The notes: generated by a model not told the origin, from the letters alone. A stretch of DNA of 64,000 nt from an uncultured Rivularia sp. (GCA_963665115.1 OY762007.1:5216001-5280000), one strand, 5' to 3'. Positions 40,453-50,440 are shown, counted from the stretch's first letter. Numbers and translations: made by a program.

Positions 40453-41188
40453 TTAATAAGCTCCGTTATCTGTTGGTATAACAACAACAGCAATTGTTTT
40501 CAAGATAATCCATAAATCTAGCCACAAATTTCTGAACTTTACATAGTACAAATCTATTTGAACTCTCCTTGGATAAGGTATGTCATTGCGTCCAGAAACT
40601 TGCCACAATCCGGTTATTCCCGGTTTGATAGTTAAAATCTGATTGATATGACATCCATATTTTGGTAATTCTTCTGCTACTAAAGGTCGAGGTCCGACAA
40701 CACTCATATCCCCCTTCAGAACATTCCAGAACTGAGGAAATTCATCTAAACTAGTAATTCGTAGAAATCTACCGATAGTAGTAATTCTAGGATCTTTTTT
40801 CAGTTTAAAATTACTGTTCCATTCTTGTTGAAATTGCGGCGATGTTTCCATCATCTGTATCAAAACTTCGTCGGCATTGCTCACCATTGTGCGAAATTTA
40901 ATACAATTAAACCGCCTGTAATTTTTCCCAACTCGTTCCTGAATGTAAAAAATAGGTCCATGCGAGCTTAAAGCTATCAACAAAGCCAGAATTAGATAAA
41001 CAGGGGAAAACAGAATTAGTACTAACAGGGAAAATATTATATCGAACAGTCGCTTAGCTTTCTCTCCGTTTAAAGCTTCTTCATAAAAACCGAGGGGTTT
41101 GAATTTTGGCTTCTGTTTTTTGTAACCGCGTTTAAAGAAAGTACGCGCAATTTTACCGGAGAGGAGTGAGGGTCTGTGCCGTCATCAT
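40453..41188 (-). pseudogene. Sugar transferase (WcaJ/WbaP-like); N-terminus MMTAQ cut off by a +1 frameshift at 41170-41172 (probably an assembly error)
   Basis: AAGGAG RBS; removing one base gives MTAQTSLLSGK...KRLFDIIFS in frame with KFRTM, SLDEFPQFWNV, VVGPRP. Confidence 0.85.
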
Positions 41189-41211
41189 ACTCCTTACAAT
41201 CCACACCACAC
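41189..41211 (-). promoter_or_regulatory. Putative Yfr1 sRNA binding site over the RBS
   Basis: mRNA GUGUGGUGUGGAUUGUAAGGAGU is complementary to the recalled Yfr1 core ACUCCUCACACCACAC. Confidence 0.55.
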
Positions 41212-41296
41212 ATAGTCCCAATCTTAAAGCTTGTAGAAGCTCTTCAAAGTGCTTGGGAAGCAAATTTACTTTATCGTCTCATTCCTATGTTAAAAA

Positions 41297-42457
41297 TCAA
41301 GTTACTATTTTCCTTTTATTGTTGTTTTCCTCGCACGTATGGACAAAATTTAGATAACGAGAAGCAAACATTTGCTTTGAGAATTGAGCAGCGTGCTTTT
41401 TAGCATATTCTGGATTAAATTTTCCGGCTTTTGCTTCAAAAGTTTCCACCGCTTCGATTAAAGATGCTGGAGTTTGCTTTTGGAAAAATATACCCGTTCC
41501 CGTATCACCGTGTTGACGAATATCTCGCACCGTTTCCAAAGCTCCACCAGCACCATAAGCGATCGCCGGAGTACCGCAAGCCTGTGCTTCGACTAAGGCA
41601 ATACCAAAATCTTCACAAGCAGCATACACAAAACCTCGGGCACTCGCCATATATTTTTTTACCATATCGTCTGGCTGCCATCCTAGTATTTGGATGTTAG
41701 GTTTAGCTATTTTAAGGATTTTATCCATATCGGGTCCGGTGCCAATTATTACTAAAGGTTTTTCTAATTGATTGAAAGCTTTAACAATTAAAGTTACTTG
41801 CTTATAACTTACTAACCGGGAAACAGTTACGTAAAAATCTTCTTTTTGGGATAAAAACGGAAAATCTTCGGTATTTACTGGTGGATATATAATAGCCGCA
41901 TCTCTTCGATAACAGCGCCAAATTCTGCGTGCGGTATGAGCGCTATTGGCAATAAAATAATCAACCCGATTGGCGCTTAAAACATCCCACTGCCTTAAAC
42001 GATGCAGTATGTAGCGCGTTAACCATCCAGCCATACCTCTACCCAGCTTACTTTCTCGGAGATAATCAAAAGTTAAATCCCAAGCATAACGCATCGGACT
42101 GTGGCAGTAACAAATATGCAATTGGTCGGGAGTCGTTAAAATCCCTTTCGCAACGGCGTGTGACGAAGAGAGAATCACATCATGCTGCCGTAAATCTAGT
42201 TGCTCAATAGCCAACGGCAGTAATGGTAAGTACTTTTGGACACCTTTGTTCGCTGCCGGTAAATACTGAAGAAAGGAGGTGCCAATTTGGCGTTTATGTA
42301 GATAACTTTCCGGATTACTAGATTCAAAATCAATGAGAGCATACAATTGGGCATCAATATGATTCAAAATTTCTCGAACTACGAGTTCCGAACCACCTGT
42401 TGCGTCGGGTGTAAGCCACTCATGCACCAAAGCATACTTTGAAGGCACAGCTAACAT
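41297..42457 (-). CDS. GT4 glycosyltransferase (mannosyltransferase-like)
   Basis: ALVHEWL..GGSE, YCHSPMRYAWD, EDFGIALVEAQACG. Confidence 0.92.
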   Translation of the reverse strand: MLAVPSKYALVHEWLTPDATGGSELVVREILNHIDAQLYALIDFESSNPESYLHKRQIGTSFLQYLPAANKGVQKYLPLLPLAIEQLDLRQHDVILSSSHAVAKGILTTPDQLHICYCHSPMRYAWDLTFDYLRESKLGRGMAGWLTRYILHRLRQWDVLSANRVDYFIANSAHTARRIWRCYRRDAAIIYPPVNTEDFPFLSQKEDFYVTVSRLVSYKQVTLIVKAFNQLEKPLVIIGTGPDMDKILKIAKPNIQILGWQPDDMVKKYMASARGFVYAACEDFGIALVEAQACGTPAIAYGAGGALETVRDIRQHGDTGTGIFFQKQTPASLIEAVETFEAKAGKFNPEYAKKHAAQFSKQMFASRYLNFVHTCEENNNKRKIVT

Positions 42458-42524
42458 TTAAAGATAAAGAACATTTACATTTGTACAAAATATCCAGATT
42501 CTTGCGATACGCGTTCACGTTCAT

Positions 42525-42552
42525 CGTTAGCGAAGCGTGTCCGAAGGACATA
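42525..42552. repeat. Small dispersed hairpin repeat
   Basis: CGTTAGCGAAGCGTGTCCGAAGGACATA; near-identical to the insert at 33965-33993. Confidence 0.65.
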
Positions 42553-43145
42553 GATGTGTTGTTCAGCGGAGCTGCGGCTTAGACATAGTGCGGCTCAACG
42601 TTGCTATAAAGGGCTATCGCGATTACTCATGAAGGGCTACATTCGATTGAGGTTGTCTATTCAGCTAACTTTGAGCAGGGGAAGAAGAAATTACATCGGT
42701 AATGCCTTCTCAAAGAAAGTAGTAAAACATTTCAACACAATCCTACGTTGATAGTTAAAGCATACATACACGTATATATGAAGATCGCGATTTAACTAGA
42801 CCGACGTAATTTTCACTTTGCCATCCGCAGCGCTCCTTGTTTTCTCTCAATAATCCAGAATTTTACTTTTTGACAATATTGTGTCCCCTTGCCCGAACAA
42901 GCGCTCTGGGGGAATCACCTTTCGATGCAACGTATATGAGAGCATCAAGTATAAAGTTTTCCAGCTTTTTGAATTAAACGGAAAGTTGATAACCCTTGTG
43001 GTGACGTAATTTCCACAATAAAAGTTCCCTCGTAGTTACCGCTTTACTGATAATCTCAAATAAGGATATCGAAGAAATAGTTTATATTTTCGGTTCTTTA
43101 TTCTCAAATATTGTGCGAACAAATAGCAGATATAGCAGGGGTTCT

Positions 43146-44090
43146 ATGCGAATTTTAATTATGGGAGGCACTCGATTTATCGGTGTCTACCTCACTCAAC
43201 TATTGGTAGAACAGGGACATGATGTAGTACTGTTCAATCGCGGCAACCGTCCCTTACCAGTTGAAAACGAAAACGTCACGCAGATAAGCGGCGATCGCAC
43301 TGACGCAAACCAGTTAAAAGAAAAGTTAAAAAATGAAAATTTTGATGTCATTTTTGACAACAATGGACGCGAACTCACCGATACCCAACCATTAGCAGAA
43401 ATTTTTCAAAACCGTTTACAGCATTTCGTCTACATGAGTTCTGCTGGAGTTTATCTTAAATCCGACAGTTTACCTCACATAGAAGGAGACGCAGTAGATC
43501 CTAAAAGCCGTCACAAAGGTAAACATCATACCGAAAGTTTTCTAGCAGAGAATGACTTTCCTTTTACCTCAATTCGTCCCACTTATATTTACGGACCTCA
43601 AAATTACAATGATTTAGAAGCTTGGTTTTTCGACAGAATTACTCGAAACCGTCCCCTTCCCATTCCCGGTAACGGACTGCATATCACTCAGTTAGGGCAC
43701 GTCAAAGACTTAGCCAAAGCAATGACTCAAGTTATCGGCAATTCTCAAGCAATCAAACAGATTTATAACATTTCGGGAAATCGTTACGTCACCTTTGACG
43801 GTTTAGCTCGTGCTTGTGCTGTAGCCGCCGGTAAATCGCCAGACGACATTCAAATCGTACATTACGACCCCAAAAAATTTGATTTTGGCAAGCGCAAAGC
43901 CTTCCCAATGAGAATGCAGCACTTCTTCGCATCAGTTAATAAAGCCATGACACAATTAGATTGGTATCCAGATTACGATTTAGTTTCTGGATTAAAAGAT
44001 TCATTTAAAAACGATTATTTGACATCAGAACGAGATAAAAAAGAAATCGATTTTTCAATTGACGAGGAGATATTAAAAGCAGCAGGTTAA
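43146..44090 (+). CDS. NAD-dependent epimerase/dehydratase family (CSP41-like)
   Basis: MGGTRFIG, FNRG, SSAGVY, RPTYIYGP, FPMR.QHFF. Confidence 0.88.
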   Translation: MRILIMGGTRFIGVYLTQLLVEQGHDVVLFNRGNRPLPVENENVTQISGDRTDANQLKEKLKNENFDVIFDNNGRELTDTQPLAEIFQNRLQHFVYMSSAGVYLKSDSLPHIEGDAVDPKSRHKGKHHTESFLAENDFPFTSIRPTYIYGPQNYNDLEAWFFDRITRNRPLPIPGNGLHITQLGHVKDLAKAMTQVIGNSQAIKQIYNISGNRYVTFDGLARACAVAAGKSPDDIQIVHYDPKKFDFGKRKAFPMRMQHFFASVNKAMTQLDWYPDYDLVSGLKDSFKNDYLTSERDKKEIDFSIDEEILKAAG

Positions 44091-44104
44091 ATTGATTTGT
44101 TAGC

Positions 44105-44160
44105 AGCTTGTAGGTTGGGTTAGACACGAAAATCTATTTAATCGTGTCATAACCCAACAT
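44105..44160 (+). repeat. GTAG REP hairpin, copy 1
   Basis: GTAGGTTGGGTTAGACACG...CGTGTCATAACCCAAC. Confidence 0.7.
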
Positions 44161-44205
44161 TAGAATTATCAATTATCAATTATCAATTCCCTTCCTTAAT
44201 CGAAA

Positions 44206-45420
44206 ATGAAAAAAGTTGTAATCGCAGGAGGTGGTCCGACAGGTGTGGCTCTAGCCTTAATGCTTGTACAAAGAGGTATTGCAGTCACATTAATTGAAGC
44301 AGCTTCCGACTTCCGTCGAGTATTTCGCGGAGAGGGATTAATGCCAAGTGGTTTAAATGCTCTATCGGAAATGGGATTATCCGAAATCCTAAAGCAAATT
44401 CCTCATCGAAAACTGAATGCATGGGAATTTATTTTAAACAAAAAGTCGTTATTTCGTGTTGATGAACCCATCGAAGCCGATACTCAACCATGTACTTTAG
44501 TTTCTCAACCACCTTTACTTGAAGCATTAATTTTAGAAGCTCAGAAATACAATAATTTTGAGTTTATCCAAGGTGTAGCTGTTAAAGACTTGCTACGAAT
44601 TGAGAATCGTGTAGCGGGTGTCAAATTAGCTGATGAACGAGAAATTACAGCAGATATTGTAATTGGTGCAGATGGGCGTAATTCTATTATTAGACAACGC
44701 GCCGGATTAAAACTAGAACGACAGCCAAAAAGTATGGATATTTTGTGGTTTAAACTAGCTGCAAATCCTAAATTTGTGACAGACAATGTATTTTCAGCCA
44801 TTGGAGACGGTGAAAATGCATTTGCTGTATTTCACGGAGCCGAAGCAGGTAAATTACATCTAGGTTGGACTTTAACTGGTAATCAAAAAAATGAAAATAG
44901 TATTGATAAAACCTCCTCTGAATGGGCACAAATGTTTGCATCAATATCGCCTTCGTGGTTAGCAGAACATTTTATCAACCATGCAGATTCTATCGAAAAA
45001 CCCATCAAATTATCAGTTATAGTAGGTCTTTGTCCATCTTGGCATACTCCAGGAGTTTTACTTTTAGGTGATGCCGCTCATCCCATGTCACCCATTCGCG
45101 CTCAAGGAATTAATGTTGCATTACGCGATGTAATTGTCGCCGCAAATCATCTTGTACCCGCATTGCTTGCAGAAGCTGAAAATAAAGAAATTGATAAGAT
45201 ATTCTCACAAATTCAGAAAGAAAGAGAACCAGAAATTATCAGAATTCAACAGCTTCAAAAAGAAGAAGGTAGGCAACACGAAATATTGCCCAAAAATTTA
45301 TTTTTAAGAAGAATTGTTTTTAGATTAGCTCGTTTAGTAAATAAAGCAGTTCGTTTATCTTGGATACAGAGACAGAAGAAAATGCGTCAAGGTGTAACTC
45401 GGGTTAAATTGGAAGTTTAG
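44206..45420 (+). CDS. FAD-dependent monooxygenase/oxidoreductase
   Basis: GGGPTG, GADGRNS, LLGDAAHPMSP..AQG.N. Confidence 0.9.
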   Translation: MKKVVIAGGGPTGVALALMLVQRGIAVTLIEAASDFRRVFRGEGLMPSGLNALSEMGLSEILKQIPHRKLNAWEFILNKKSLFRVDEPIEADTQPCTLVSQPPLLEALILEAQKYNNFEFIQGVAVKDLLRIENRVAGVKLADEREITADIVIGADGRNSIIRQRAGLKLERQPKSMDILWFKLAANPKFVTDNVFSAIGDGENAFAVFHGAEAGKLHLGWTLTGNQKNENSIDKTSSEWAQMFASISPSWLAEHFINHADSIEKPIKLSVIVGLCPSWHTPGVLLLGDAAHPMSPIRAQGINVALRDVIVAANHLVPALLAEAENKEIDKIFSQIQKEREPEIIRIQQLQKEEGRQHEILPKNLFLRRIVFRLARLVNKAVRLSWIQRQKKMRQGVTRVKLEV

Positions 45421-45423
45421 ATA

Positions 45424-45486
45424 TTGGTAATTGGTAATTGGTAATTGGTAATTGGTAATTGGTAATTGGTAATTGGTAATTGGTGA
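45424..45486. repeat. STRR heptamer array (TTGGTAA)n, about 9 copies
   Basis: Direct inspection. Confidence 0.9.
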
Positions 45487-45498
45487 TTTTAAAATTGT

Positions 45499-45577
45499 AG
45501 CTTGTAGGTTGGGTTAGACACGAAAATTAATTTAATTTGTAACCAAAAGCTATATTAATCCTGTTGTAACCCAACAT
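45499..45577 (+). repeat. GTAG REP hairpin, copy 2 (longer loop)
   Basis: First 29 bp identical to 44105-44133. Confidence 0.7.
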
Positions 45578-45601
45578 CTTTTCAAAAATAAAATTTAATT
45601 C

Positions 45602-45712
45602 GGGAGCATCGCAAATTGTTCATTTTGTAGTGCGAGCATCTTGCTCGCTCGGGAGCGCCAGCGAGCAAGATGCTCGCACTGCCAGATATTTTTCATAAAT
45701 TGGGATGCTCCC
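45602..45712. mobile_element. MITE with GGGAGCATC...GATGCTCCC TIRs, 9-bp TSD, carrying a REP doublet
   Basis: ATTTAATTC at 45593-45601 and 45713-45721; internal GTAGTGCGAGCATCTTGCTCGCT / AGCGAGCAAGATGCTCGCACT. Confidence 0.82.
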
Positions 45713-46265
45713 ATTTAATTCCTATATTGTAGTAATCTATAAAATCATATAAATCTCTATAAAAATCCCAATCATTGAATGCTGTAAGATAAAAACTACA
45801 TAAAAAGTTTAGTTCAAATACTATATAAATTGGTTGTAAAATTTTCTTATTTTTTATAGAAGTGTCATTAAAAAAAATACAAATAAAGAAAGCAATAATA
45901 ACTCTACCAAAACAATATACTTTTTCGCGATTGTATCTAATTAGAATATCAGTCTGAACCAGTAAGAATTTATCATAGCGTTGTTTTGGGTCGTCATTAA
46001 CCCACGCTTCAGCAACTTTATAACCATTGCAAACCTTTTCTAAACGTACTTCAAAAATACAGAAACCCGTCCAGCTACGATGGATATACAGCCAATCATT
46101 TTCAAGAAAAAAGAACCATTTATCATCCATTGACACGGGAATGAATCCCCAAGTCAAATATTTATATTCTTCCTTCGTAAAAATTTCCTCAACCTGTAGC
46201 TGAGTTTTTAACTCTGGCATTGGCTGTATTTTCCAATCACTACGGGTTGCTTTTTTCGGATTCAT
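45693..46265 (-). CDS. Hypothetical protein; C-terminus runs into the MITE
   Basis: Conserved-looking MDDKWF...LYIHRSWTG core; AT-rich, possibly degraded 3' half. Confidence 0.55.
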   Translation of the reverse strand: MNPKKATRSDWKIQPMPELKTQLQVEEIFTKEEYKYLTWGFIPVSMDDKWFFFLENDWLYIHRSWTGFCIFEVRLEKVCNGYKVAEAWVNDDPKQRYDKFLLVQTDILIRYNREKVYCFGRVIIAFFICIFFNDTSIKNKKILQPIYIVFELNFLCSFYLTAFNDWDFYRDLYDFIDYYNIGIKWEHPNL

Positions 46266-46323
46266 AAACCGGGTTTATTAAAACTTACTGTTCCCTGTTC
46301 CCTATTCCCTACTCCCTTAAAAA

Positions 46324-46857
46324 TCATTTCGCAACAACTTGACTATCTTCTTCTATCTTTTGCGGTAAAAGATAAATAGCTCCAGAAATCAAAGTTAAAG
46401 CTACAGATACCCAAAAAGCAATCAAAGAAGGCAATTCCCACTGTGGAGATAAAGGAGCAATTAACAGCGCGATCGCAATTATTTGACTTACTGTTTTTAG
46501 TTTTCCCCAAATATTCGCACCACTGATTTTCGGTTGACTAACTCTCCAACCAGCAATGGCTAATTCGCGCCCTAATATCAGAAATACTCCCCACGCTGGA
46601 ATTTGTCCTAATTCAATTAAAGATAATAACGGAGCAAGCACCAGCAATTTGTCTACTAAAGGATCGAGAAATTTTCCTAAATCGCTAACTTGGTTGAGTT
46701 TCCTGGCTAAATAACCATCTAACCAATCCGTAGCAGCAGCAACTACAAAAATAGTAAAACATATCCATCTTGCTTGGGGTGTGGGATTTTGCAAACCGTA
46801 AATAATAAACGGTATGCCTAGAAGACGAGAGAAAGTAATCCAGTTTGGAAGAGTCAT
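46324..46857 (-). CDS. pgsA: CDP-diacylglycerol--glycerol-3-phosphate 3-phosphatidyltransferase
   Basis: LPNWIT.SR, TDWLDGYLAR...GKFLDPLVDK, GKLKT. Confidence 0.95.
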   Translation of the reverse strand: MTLPNWITFSRLLGIPFIIYGLQNPTPQARWICFTIFVVAAATDWLDGYLARKLNQVSDLGKFLDPLVDKLLVLAPLLSLIELGQIPAWGVFLILGRELAIAGWRVSQPKISGANIWGKLKTVSQIIAIALLIAPLSPQWELPSLIAFWVSVALTLISGAIYLLPQKIEEDSQVVAK

Positions 46858-46997
46858 CATTTAGGTTATAGGTTAAAGGTTACAGGCAATAATATCCAAA
46901 GTATCGAAAGTAATTAAGAATTGATAATAAAAAATGTCTCTGATAACCGCTAACTGGTAACTGTTAACTGATGATTGTTAACTGTTAACTGAGCACC

Positions 46998-48416
46998 ATG
47001 ACCGATCAACAATTTCGTATCGAAAGCGATTCAATGGGCGATCGCCAAATTCCGAGTAGCGCTTATTACGGTATTCAAACGCTGCGAGCTACGGAAAACT
47101 TTGCTATCAGCGGCATTAAGCCTTTACCTACTTACGTAGATGCCTGCATCATCATAAAAAAGGCTACAGCAATCGTTAATGGCGAATTGGACTGTATACC
47201 TCAAGATGTCAGTCAAGCTATTGTACAAGCTGCTGATGAAGTACTAGCGGGTAAGTTTCGCGAGCAGTTTGTTGTGGATGTTTACCAAGCAGGTGCAGGT
47301 ACTTCCCACCATATGAATGTCAATGAAGTACTGGCAAATCGCGCTTTGGAAATATTAGGAGACGAGAAAGGTAACTATAAGCGAGTCAGCCCCAACGACC
47401 ACGTTAACTACGGGCAGTCTACCAACGATGTGATTCCTACCGCAATTAGAATTGGTGGAATTTTAGCTCTATCGAAGACACTGTATCCTGCTTTGGATAA
47501 TGCCATTAATGCTTTAGAAGAAAAAGCCGCAGAATTTAAAGATATTGTAAAGTCCGGTCGCACTCATTTACAAGATGCCGTACCAGTGCGTTTAGGTGAT
47601 ACTTTTGCCGCTTGGGCGCAGATTCTCAAAGATCATCGAAATAGAATTAATGCTGCTTGTCTCGATTTAATGGTGCTGGGTTTGGGAGGTAGTGCAGCGG
47701 GTACGGGGTTAAACACCCATCCCCGATATCGGGTAAGTGTGATTAAAATTATTTCAGGACTAGTTAATTCTCCTTTGAAGGAGGCAACCCATCTTATGGC
47801 TGCAATGCAAAGTATGGCACCATTTGTGAATGTATCCGGCGCTTTGCGGAATTTGGCTCAAGATTTAGTCAAAATATCTCATGATTTGCGCCTGATGGAT
47901 TCAGGACCAAACACTGGTTTCAAAGAAATTCAATTACCACCAGTGCAGCCCGGTTCCTCGATTATGCCTGGAAAATATAATCCAGTGATGGCTGAGATGA
48001 CATCAATGGTGTGTTTTCAGGTGATGGGTTACGACACAGCCATTAATTACGCCGCGCAAGCAGGGCAATTAGAGCTAAATGTAATGATGCCTTTGATTGC
48101 CTACGATTTTATCCACAGTATTGAAATATTAGGCAACACCCTTCAAGCATTAACTTCCCGCTGCATAAAAGGAATTACTGCTTTACCGGAACGTTGTTTA
48201 GACTACGCCGAAGCAAGTTTGGCCTTGGTAACAGCATTAAACCCTCATATCGGATACCTCAATGCAGCAGCCATAGCCAAAGAATCAATAGAAACAGGAA
48301 AATCCCTAAGACAAATTGTACTAGAAAAGCAGTTGATGAACGAAGAAGAATTAGCTGAAGTATTAAACCTGGAGCAAATGAGTACGATTGTCGGGACAGG
48401 GAACAGTAACTCCTAA
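46998..48416 (+). CDS. aspA: Aspartate ammonia-lyase (fumarase/aspartase family)
   Basis: YYGIQTLRA.ENF, QSTNDV.PT, GRTHLQDA, GSSIMPGKYNP. Confidence 0.88.
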   Translation: MTDQQFRIESDSMGDRQIPSSAYYGIQTLRATENFAISGIKPLPTYVDACIIIKKATAIVNGELDCIPQDVSQAIVQAADEVLAGKFREQFVVDVYQAGAGTSHHMNVNEVLANRALEILGDEKGNYKRVSPNDHVNYGQSTNDVIPTAIRIGGILALSKTLYPALDNAINALEEKAAEFKDIVKSGRTHLQDAVPVRLGDTFAAWAQILKDHRNRINAACLDLMVLGLGGSAAGTGLNTHPRYRVSVIKIISGLVNSPLKEATHLMAAMQSMAPFVNVSGALRNLAQDLVKISHDLRLMDSGPNTGFKEIQLPPVQPGSSIMPGKYNPVMAEMTSMVCFQVMGYDTAINYAAQAGQLELNVMMPLIAYDFIHSIEILGNTLQALTSRCIKGITALPERCLDYAEASLALVTALNPHIGYLNAAAIAKESIETGKSLRQIVLEKQLMNEEELAEVLNLEQMSTIVGTGNSNS

Positions 48417-48520
48417 CTCCAAATCCAAAACATCCCTTGTTAAAATCCAAAATCCATTAACAACTAACCACTAACCACTAAGCTACGCTGTGATAAAACC
48501 ACAGAGTGAAAATTACATCA

Positions 48521-49492
48521 ATGCAGACTCAAACACCATCTGTCAGTTTAATTAGGGCTACTTCTTATGAAGTGGAAGCGTTGAGGGAATCTTTGGAAAC
48601 CTTGCTCGAACCCTTGGGTGGAATCACAGCATTTGTTAAAAGTGGCGATCGCGTTTTACTCAAGCCTAATCTGCTTACGGGTTCGCGCCCGACGGCGGAA
48701 TGTACTACCCGCCCGGAAATGGTTTACGCTGTGGCGACTATGGTAATTGAGGCTGGTGGTAAGCCTTTTTTGGGAGACAGCCCTGCTTTTGGTAGCGCTA
48801 AAGGAGTTGCGTTAGCTAATGGATATGAAAGTATTTTAGAAGAACTCAATATTCCTGTTATCGAGTTTCATGGTAAGCGCTACGAAATCGTAAACGATAA
48901 GTTTAACCATTTGTTGTTGTCTAAGGAGACGATGGAAGCTGATGTAGTCATCAACTTACCCAAAGTCAAGTCTCATGCCCAATTGGTATTAACTTTGGGA
49001 GTAAAAAATTTGTTTGGTTGCGTACCGGGCAAAATGAAAGCTTGGTGGCATATGGAAGCGGGGAAAGATGCCAATCGCTTTGGAGAAATGTTGGTAGAAA
49101 CCGCAAAGGCTATTAACCCGAACTTAACGATTATAGACGGCATTATCGGTCATGAAGGCAACGGCCCTAGCGGTGGAGAACCACGTCCGTTGGGGATTTT
49201 GGGTTGTTCAACTGATGTATTTGCTTTAGATAGAGCGATAGTAGAAATACTAAATGTTCGTCCCGAACAAGTGCCTACCCTTGCTGCATCAATGCGATTG
49301 GGAATTTGTCCGGAACTCGATGCGATCCAATTCGTCAGTTTACATCCCGACTTACTGCAAGTAGACGATTGGCAATTGCCCTTGAAATATATGCCAATTG
49401 ATTTTGGAATGCCCCGCGTAATTAAATCTACTTTTAAGCATCTTTATATTCGATTTATCAAAGAAAAAATGAATGCTTATAGTGAAAATTAA
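48521..49492 (+). CDS. DUF362 domain protein
   Basis: VLLKPNLL, INLPKVKSH, GVKNLFG, DGI.GHEGNGP. Confidence 0.88.
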   Translation: MQTQTPSVSLIRATSYEVEALRESLETLLEPLGGITAFVKSGDRVLLKPNLLTGSRPTAECTTRPEMVYAVATMVIEAGGKPFLGDSPAFGSAKGVALANGYESILEELNIPVIEFHGKRYEIVNDKFNHLLLSKETMEADVVINLPKVKSHAQLVLTLGVKNLFGCVPGKMKAWWHMEAGKDANRFGEMLVETAKAINPNLTIIDGIIGHEGNGPSGGEPRPLGILGCSTDVFALDRAIVEILNVRPEQVPTLAASMRLGICPELDAIQFVSLHPDLLQVDDWQLPLKYMPIDFGMPRVIKSTFKHLYIRFIKEKMNAYSEN

Positions 49493-49529
49493 ATGAATTG
49501 TTCAAAGCAACAAAATTTATTGGAAGAGT

Positions 49530-49572
49530 GCAAACTTGGCTACAGCAATTTTTAGCACTAGCAGAGTAATCT
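49530..49572 (+). promoter_or_regulatory. Degenerate NtcA-type class II promoter
   Basis: GCA-N8-TAC, 23 nt, TAATCT. Confidence 0.45.
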
Positions 49573-49577
49573 ATAAA

Positions 49578-49627
49578 TACCCTCCGATTGCTTAACCAGA
49601 CCGCCCTATTTTAGTGGCGGTTTTTTT
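49578..49627 (+). ncRNA. nsiR4: Probable NsiR4 small RNA (short form) with intrinsic terminator
   Basis: CCCTCCGATTGC core recalled from NsiR4, then ACCGCC...GGCGG-T7 terminator; NtcA-like promoter upstream. Confidence 0.65.
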
Positions 49628-50440
49628 AGTCCGGATAATTATAATAAATTGTTACATTTTTGAATCCGAAGGTATTTGAATTCAACCAGCTTAAAAACTG
49701 TACCAAGACCTTTATTAAAAGAATATTTGATCGTACATAGCCATTTGATAATTTTTCAGAAATCTTCCGGATATTTATAGCTTAGGATTGAGACATCCGT
49801 AACCGTAATATTAACTGTATTTATAATTATTTTTACCGATTTAAATATAAAGATTATTGAGGAGTAATGGTCACTTACTGTTACTTAAAAATGATTTAAT
49901 TTTTCTGTATTACTGCGGTATAGAATTATTATAAAAGTATTTTATTGGAAGCATTTAGTAAATAAAAAAGTTTTGAGTGTAATCACTGATGATGATACAA
50001 AAGATTTAAAGTATACTCAACCGCTTTTAAGTATTAAGCAGAGAATATTCATTTAGATAAAAAGCTTAAAACTCTTACCCCATAACAGTTTATCTTCCTA
50101 TCGGAAGATGATATTGACCCGTTTTTGATTTAAAGTTAATATTAATAGATGAAAGATATGTATTTTATATTGCATGGTATTTAATTAATTTAAGTTGCCA
50201 ACGGAACCGCGAATACGCAAGTATAAAGCGAGATTAGTTACAAGCATTTAAACAAGATATTTCTGTATTACTTGGTATCAAGAGTTTCAGGTATAAAGAA
50301 ATATATGAATTAACTTCCAAAACTCATTTAAATTCTTAAAGAATAGAGAGTTTACGGTCAGAAAAAAAGCTAAAATAATAGCAACACTCTCATTCGAGAG
50401 AGATGTAGCAACTAGTGATGTAAAGAGCTAAATAATTTAT

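Noticed and set aside
42554..42751. 65-aa ORF in the GT4/epimerase intergenic region
   Set aside because: Starts at a repeat edge that supplies its apparent RBS; no recognisable protein features
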